Positions 57,401 through 64,000 of a stretch of 64,000 nt of DNA are shown here, piece by piece. The DNA comes from the human T2T-CHM13v2.0 reference genome, Homo sapiens. A model generated the notes under the pieces. It saw only the letters and a list, made by a program, of their open reading frames with translations, was not told where the DNA came from and did not search any database. Each line of letters starts with the position of its first letter. Positions within the stretch are counted from its first letter, which is position 1. The stretch lies in the NCBI RefSeq assembly GCF_009914755.1, contig NC_060933.1; one strand, given 5' to 3'. The position numbers were made by a program, and so were the translations under genes.

Positions 57401-60400
57401 ATCCGGAATGGAATGGAATGGAATGGAATGCAAAGCAATGGAATCAACTCGATTGCAATGGAATGGAATGGAATGGAAAGGAATACATTGGAATCAACCC
57501 GAGTGGAATGGAATGGAAAGGACTGGAATGGAGTGGAATGTAATCGAATGGAATGGAATGGAATCAACTCGATTGGAATGGAATGGAATGGAATGGAATG
57601 GAATGGAATGGAATGGAATTAACCCGAATAGAATGGAATGGAATGGAATGGAACGGAACGGAACGGAACGGAACGGAATGGAATGGAATGGAATGGAATG
57701 GAATGGAATGGAATCAACCCGACTACAGGGGAATGGAATGGAATGGAAAGCAATGGAATGGATTCAACTTGAATGGAATGGAAAGAATGGAATCAACACG
57801 AGTGGAAGGGCATGGATTGGAATGGAATGGAATGGAATCAACCCGAGTACAGGGGAAAGCAATGGAATGGAATGCAATGGAATGGAATCATCCGTAATGG
57901 AATGGAAAGGCATGGAATGGAATGGAATGGAATGGAATGGAATGGCATGCAATCAACTCGATTGCAATCGAATGGAATGGAATGGAATTAACCCGAATAG
58001 AATGGAATGGAATGGAATGGAACAGAACGGAACGGAATGGAATGGAATGGAATGGAATGGAATGGAACGGAACGGAAAGGAATTGAATGGAATGGAATGG
58101 ACTGGAATGGAATGGAATCAACGTGAGTGCAGGGGAATGGAATGGAATGGAATGCAATGGAATGGAATCTTCCGGAATGGAATGGAATGGAATGGAATGG
58201 AATGGAATTGAATGGAATCAACCTGAGTGCGATGGAATGGAGTGGAATGGAATGGAATGGAATGGAACAACCCGAATGGAATCGAATGTAATGGAGAGTA
58301 AGGGAGTTGAATAGAATCAATCCGAATGTAATGGAATGGAATGGAACGGAATGGAATTGAATGGTATGGAATGGAATGCAATGGAATGGAATCAACCCGA
58401 GTGCAATGGAATGGAGAGGAATGGAATGGAATGGAATGGAAACTACCCGAAAGGAATGGAATGTAATGGAGTGTAAGGGAATTGAATAGAATCAATCCGA
58501 ATGTAATGGAATGGAATGGAACGGAATGGAATGGAATGGAATGGAATGGAATGGAATGGAATGGAATGCAATGGAATGGAATCAACCCGAATGCAATCGA
58601 ATGGAATCGAATGGAATGGAATGCAATGGAATGGATTCAACTTGAATGGAATGGAAACAATGGAATCAATACGAGTGGAATGGCATGGATTGGAATGGAA
58701 TGGAATGGAATCAACCCGAGTACAGGGGAATGGAATGGAATGGAATGCAATGGAATGGAATCATCCGTAATGTAATGGAAAGGAATGGAATGGAATGGAA
58801 TGGAATGGAATGGAATGGAATGGAATCAACTCGATTGCAATCGAATGGAATGGAATGGAATTAACCCAAATAGAATGGAATGGAATGGAATGGAACGGAA
58901 CGGAATGGAATGGAATGGAATGGAATGGAATGGAATCAACGCGAGTGCAGGGGAATGTAATGGAACTGAATGCAGTGGAATGGAATCATCCGGAATGGAA
59001 TGGAATGGAATGGAATGGAATGGAATCAACCCGAGTACAATGGAATGGAGTGGAATGGAATGGAATGGAATGGAACAACCCGAATGGAATGGAATGTAAT
59101 GGAGAGTAAGGGAGTTGAATAGAATCAATCCGAATGTAATGGAATGGAATGCAATGGATTGGAATGGAATGGAATGGAATGGAATGCAATGGAATGGAAT
59201 CAACCCGAGTACAATGGAATGGAATGGAATGGAATGGAATGGAATGGAAAGCCTTCAAACCGAATGGAATGGAAAGGAATGGAATCAACACGAGTGGAAT
59301 GGAATGGAATGGAATGGAATGGAATGGAATGGAATGGAATGATACGGAATAGAATGGAATGGAACGAAATGGAATGGAATGGAATGGAATGGAATGGAAT
59401 GGAATGAAATGGAATGGAATCGTTCCGAGTGGAATAGGAGGGAATGTATTCGAGTGGAATGGAAAGGAATGGAATCAACCAGAGTGGAATGGAAGGGAAT
59501 GGAATGGAATGGAAACGAATAGAATGGAATCAACCCGAGTGGAATGGAATGGAAAGGACTGGAATGGAATGGAATGGAATGGAATGGAATGGAATCAACT
59601 CGATTGGAATGGAATGGAATGGAATGGAATGGAATGGAATGGAATGGAATGGAATTAACCCGAATACAATGGAATGGAATGGAATGCAAAGGAATGGAGT
59701 GGAATGGAATGGAATCAACCCGAGTGCAGGGGAATGCAATGGAATTGAATGCAATGGAATGGAGTCATCCGGAATGGAATGGAATGGAATGGAATGCAAA
59801 ACAATGGAATCAACTCGATTGCAATGGAATGGAATGGAATGGAAAGGAATACATTGGAATCAACCCGAGTGGAATGGAATGGAAAGGACTGGAATGGAAT
59901 GGAATGGAATCAACTCGATTGGAATGGAATGGAAAGGAATGGAATGGAATGGAATGGAATTAACCCGAATAGAATGGAATGGAATGGAATGGAACGGAAC
60001 GGAACGGAATGGAATGGAATGGAATGGAATGGAATGGAATGGAATGGAATGGAATCAACCCGACTGCAGGGGAATGGAATGGAATGGAATGCAATGGAAT
60101 CAACCCGAGTACAGGGGAATGGAATGGAATGGAATGCAATGGAATAGAATCATCCGGAATGGAATGGAATGGAATGGAATGGAATGGAATGGAATGGAAT
60201 GGAATGGAATCAACTAGATTGCAATCGAATGGAATGGAATGGAATTAACGCGAATAGAATGGAATGGAATGGAATGGAACGGAACGGAACGGAATGGAAT
60301 GGAATGGAATGGAATGGAATGGAACGGAAAGGAATGGAATGGAATGGAATGGAATGGAATTAACCCGAATAGAATGGAATGGAATGGAATGGAACGGAAC

Positions 60401-61309
60401 GGAACGGAACGGAATGGAATGGAATGGAATGGAATGGAATGGAATGGAATCAACCCAACTGCAGGGGAATGGAATGGAATGGAATGCAATGGAATCAACC
60501 CGAGTACAGGGGAATGGAATGGAATGGAATGCAATGGAATAGAATCATCCGTAATGGAATGGAAAGGAATGGAATGGAATGGAATGGAATGGAATGGAAT
60601 GGAATCAACTCGATTGCAATCGAATGGAATGGAATGGAATTAACGCGAATAGAATGGAATGGAATGGAAGGGAACGGAACGGAATGGAATGGAATGGAAT
60701 GGAATGGAACGGAAAGGAATGGAATGGAATGGAATGGAATGGAATCAACGCGAGTGCAGGGGAATGGAATGGAATCGAATGTAATGGAATGGAATGGAAT
60801 GGAATAAACCCGAGTGCAGGGGAATGTAATGGAAAGGAATGCAACGGAATGGAATCATCCGGAATGGAATGGAATGGAATGGAATGCAAAGCAATGGAAT
60901 CAACTCGATTGCAATGGAATGGAATGGAATGGAAAGGAATACATTGGAATCAACCCGAGTGGAATGGAATGGAAAGGACTGGAATGGAGTGGAATGGAAT
61001 GGAATGGAATGGAATGGAAACAACTCGATTGGAATGGAATGGAATGGAATGGAATGGAATGGAATGGAATTGAATGGAATGGAATTCACCCGAATAGAAT
61101 GGAATGGAATGGAATGGAACGAAATGGAATGGAATGGAATGGAATGGAATGGAATGGAATGGAATCAACCCGACTGCAGGGGAATGGAATGGAATGGAAT
61201 GGAATGGAATGGAATGGAATCATCCGGAACGGAATGGAATGGAATGGAATGGAATCAACTCGATTGCAATGGAATGGAAGGGAATGGAATGGAATCGAAT
61301 GTAATGGAA

Positions 61310-62330
61310 TGGAATTAACCAGAATAGAATGGAATGGAATGGAATGGAACGGAATGGAATGGAATGGAATGGAATGGAATGGAATCAACCCGAGTGCAGG
61401 GGAATGGAATGGAATGGAATGCAATGGAATGGAATCATCCGGAATGGAATGGAATGGAATGGAATGCCATCAACCTGATGCAATGGAATGGAGTGGAATG
61501 GAATGGAATGGAATGGAAACATCCCGAATGGAATGGAATGTAATGGAGTGTAAGGGAATTGAATAGAATCAATCCGAATGTAATGGAATGGAATGGAATG
61601 AAATGGAATGGAATGGAATGGAATGGAATCAACCCGAGTGCAATGGAATGGATTCGAATGGAATGGAATGGAATGGAATGGATTCAACAAGAATGGAATG
61701 GAAAGGAATGGAATCAACCCGAGTGTAATGGCATGGAATGGAACGGAATGGAATGGGATGGAATGGAATGGTACGGAATAGAATGGAATGGAATGAAATG
61801 GAATGGAATGGAATGGAATGGAATGGAATGGAATGGAATGGAATGAACCCGTGTGCAATGGAATGGAATGGAATGGAATGGATTCAACTCGAATGGAATC
61901 AACTCGATTGCAATGGAATGGAATGGAATGGAAAGGAATAGAATGGAATCAACCCGAGTGGAATGGAATGGAAAGGACTGGAATGGAGTGGAATGCAATG
62001 GAATGGAATTAACCCGAATAGAATGAAATGGAACGGAATGGAACGGAATGTAATGCAATGGAATCGAATGGAATCAACCCGAGTGCAGGGGAATGGAATG
62101 GAATGGAATGCAATGGAATGGAATCATCCGGAATGGAATGGAATGGAATGGAATCAACTCGATTTCAATGGAATGGAATGGAATAGAATGGAATGGAATT
62201 AACACGAATAGAATGGAATGGAATGGAATGGAATGGAACAGAAAGGAATGGAATGGAATGGAATGGAATCAACCCAAGTGCTGGGGAATGGAATGGAATG
62301 GAATTCAATGGAATGGAGTCATCCGGAATG
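61310..62330 (+). repeat. Rare segment K, copy 2
   Basis: It has the same ordered private words as 30270-31370, e.g. GGATTCAACAAG at 61680 vs 30651 and GAACCCGTGTGC at 61845 vs 30821. Confidence 0.88.
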
Positions 62331-64000
62331 GAATGGAATGGAATGGAATGGAATGATACGGAATAGAATGGAATGGAACGAAATGGAATGGAAAGGAATG
62401 GAATGGAATGGAATGGAATGGAATGGAATCAACCCGAGTGCAGGGGAATGGAATGGAATGGAATGCAATGGAATGGAATCATCCGGAATGGAATGAATGG
62501 AATGGAATGCAAAGCAATGGAATCAACTCGATTGCAATGGAATGGAATGGAATGGAAAGGAATACATTGGAATCAACCCGAGTGGAATGGAATGGAAAGG
62601 ACTGGAATGGAGTGGAATGGAATGGAATGGAATGGAATGGAATCAACTCGATTGGAATGGAATGGAATGGAATGGAATTAACCCGAATAGAATGGAATGG
62701 AATGGAATGCAACGGAACGGAATGGAATGGAATGGAATGGAATGGAATGGAATGGAATGGAATCAACCCGACTGCAGGGGAATGGAATGGAATGGAAGGC
62801 AATGGAATGGATTCAACTTGAATGGAATGGAAAGAATGGAATCAACACGAGTGGAATGGCATGGATTGGAATGGAATGGAATGGAATCAACCCGAGTACA
62901 GGGGAATGGAATGGAATGGAATGCAATGGAATGGAATCATCCGTAATGGAATGGAAAGGAATGGAATGGAATGGAATGGAATGGAATGGAATGGAATGGA
63001 ATCAACTCGATTGCAATCGAATGGAATGGAATGGAATTAACCCGAATAGAATGGAATGGAATGGAATGGAACGGAACGGAACGGAACGGAACGGAGTGGA
63101 ATGGAATGGAATAGAATTGTATGGAATGGAATGGCATGGTACGGAATAGAATGGAATGGAAAGAATTGGAATGGAATGACATCGAATGGAATGGAATGGA
63201 ATGGAATGGAATCAACCAGAGTGCAATGGAATGGAGTGGAATGGAATGGAATGGAATGGAACAACCCGAATGGAATGGAATGTAATGGAGAGTAAGGGAG
63301 ATGAATAGAATCAATCCGAATGTAATGGATTGGAATGGAATGGAATGGAATTGAATGGAATGGAATGGAATGCAATGGAATGGAATCAACCCGAGTGCAA
63401 TCGAATGGAATCGAATGGAATGGAATGCAATGGAATGGATTCAACTTGAATGGAATGGAAAGAATGGAATCAACACGAGTGGAATGGCATGGATTGGAAT
63501 GGAATGGAATGGAATCAACCCGAGTACAGGGGAATGGAATGGAATGGAATGCAATGGAATGGAATCATCCGTAATGGAATGGAAAGGAATGCAGTGGAAT
63601 GGAATGGAATGGAATGGAATCAACTCGATTGCAATCGAATGGAATGGAATGGAATTAACCCGAATAGAATGGAATGGAATGGAATGGAACGGAACGGAAT
63701 GGAATGGAATGGAATGGAATGCAACGGAATGGAAAGGAATGGAATGGAATGGAATGCAATGGAATGGAATCAACCCGAGTGCAATGGAATGGAGAGGAAT
63801 GGAATGGAATGCAATTGAAACTACCAGAATGGAATGTAATGGAGTGTAAGGGAATTGAATAGAATCAATCCGAATGTAATGGAATGGAATGGAACGGAAT
63901 GGAATGGAATGGAATGGAATGGAATGGAATGGAATGCAATGGAATGGAATCAACCCGAGTGCAATCAAATGGAATCGAATGGAATGGAATGCAATGGAAT

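Larger units (their letters stand above)
1..64000 (+). repeat. Satellite III (HSat3) array, (GGAAT)n with interspersed CAACCCGAGT-family words; probably human pericentromeric heterochromatin, most likely 9q12
   Basis: Seen: the GGAAT pentamer dominates every line in a single orientation. Recurrent 10-mers include CAACCCGAGT, CAACTCGATT, CAACGCGAGT, CAACACGAGT and TAACCCGAAT. Established: (GGAAT)n plus CAACCCGA(G/A)T is the classical Satellite III signature, and HSat2 would instead be dominated by CATTCGATTC-type units. The chromosome assignment is inference and much less certain than the family call. Confidence 0.98.

Noticed and set aside
30270-62330. A 31 kb higher-order period implied by the two K copies
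   Set aside because: Other rare markers (J, CAAATTGATTGG, GGAAAGAATTGG) do not recur at a 31 kb offset.
1-64000. Hundreds of ORFs of 60-427 aa on both strands (MEWNG / IPFHS repeats), e.g. 43879-45162 (-) and 57183-58211 (+)
   Set aside because: GGAAT and ATTCC contain no stop codon in any frame, and 5 is coprime with 3, so overlapping ORFs with identical peptides are forced. Length variation follows 5-bp rather than 3-bp steps. Matching database 'hypothetical proteins' would most likely be human satellite contamination.
1-64000. CRISPR-like repeat-spacer appearance of the CAACCCGAGT words
   Set aside because: The 'spacers' are the satellite pentamer itself rather than unique sequence. There are no constant-length repeats, leader or cas genes.
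1-64000. Alu, L1 or other mobile-element insertions, and large inversions
   Set aside because: There is no poly(A) tract, target-site duplication or non-satellite stretch. Polarity never switches, and + strand CATTCC appears only as isolated words (about 26563, 32460, 50742, 52040).

Overview
The whole 64 kb window is one uninterrupted block of classical human-type Satellite III (HSat3). It is (GGAAT)n on the + strand and (ATTCC)n on the - strand, punctuated every ~35-70 bp by 10-mer words of the CAACCCGAGT family. I see no genes, RNA genes, transposon insertions, CRISPR arrays or strand inversions. All ORFs in the track are artefacts of the pentamer: MEWNG in all three + frames and IPFHS in all three - frames. 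One recurring ~160-bp module resembles, from memory, the pHuR98 SatIII sequence of human 9q12, so the chr9 array is the most likely source (unverified). I found no new protein-coding system. The interesting signal is in the satellite's internal structure. (1) About 44 perfect three-unit heat-shock elements (gGAAt-cTTCc-gGAAt) are built into one module, and in ten cases an AATAAA follows 42-62 bp downstream. (2) The variant words follow a stereotyped order, giving ~0.9 kb subunits and ~2.6-3.6 kb cycles with no fixed higher-order repeat. (3) All ~107 slips of the 5-bp register go in the same direction (-1). (4) Duplications are nested from 45 bp to possibly ~20-24 kb and can be traced by private variants. 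All counts and coordinates come from manual reading, and block edges are approximate.
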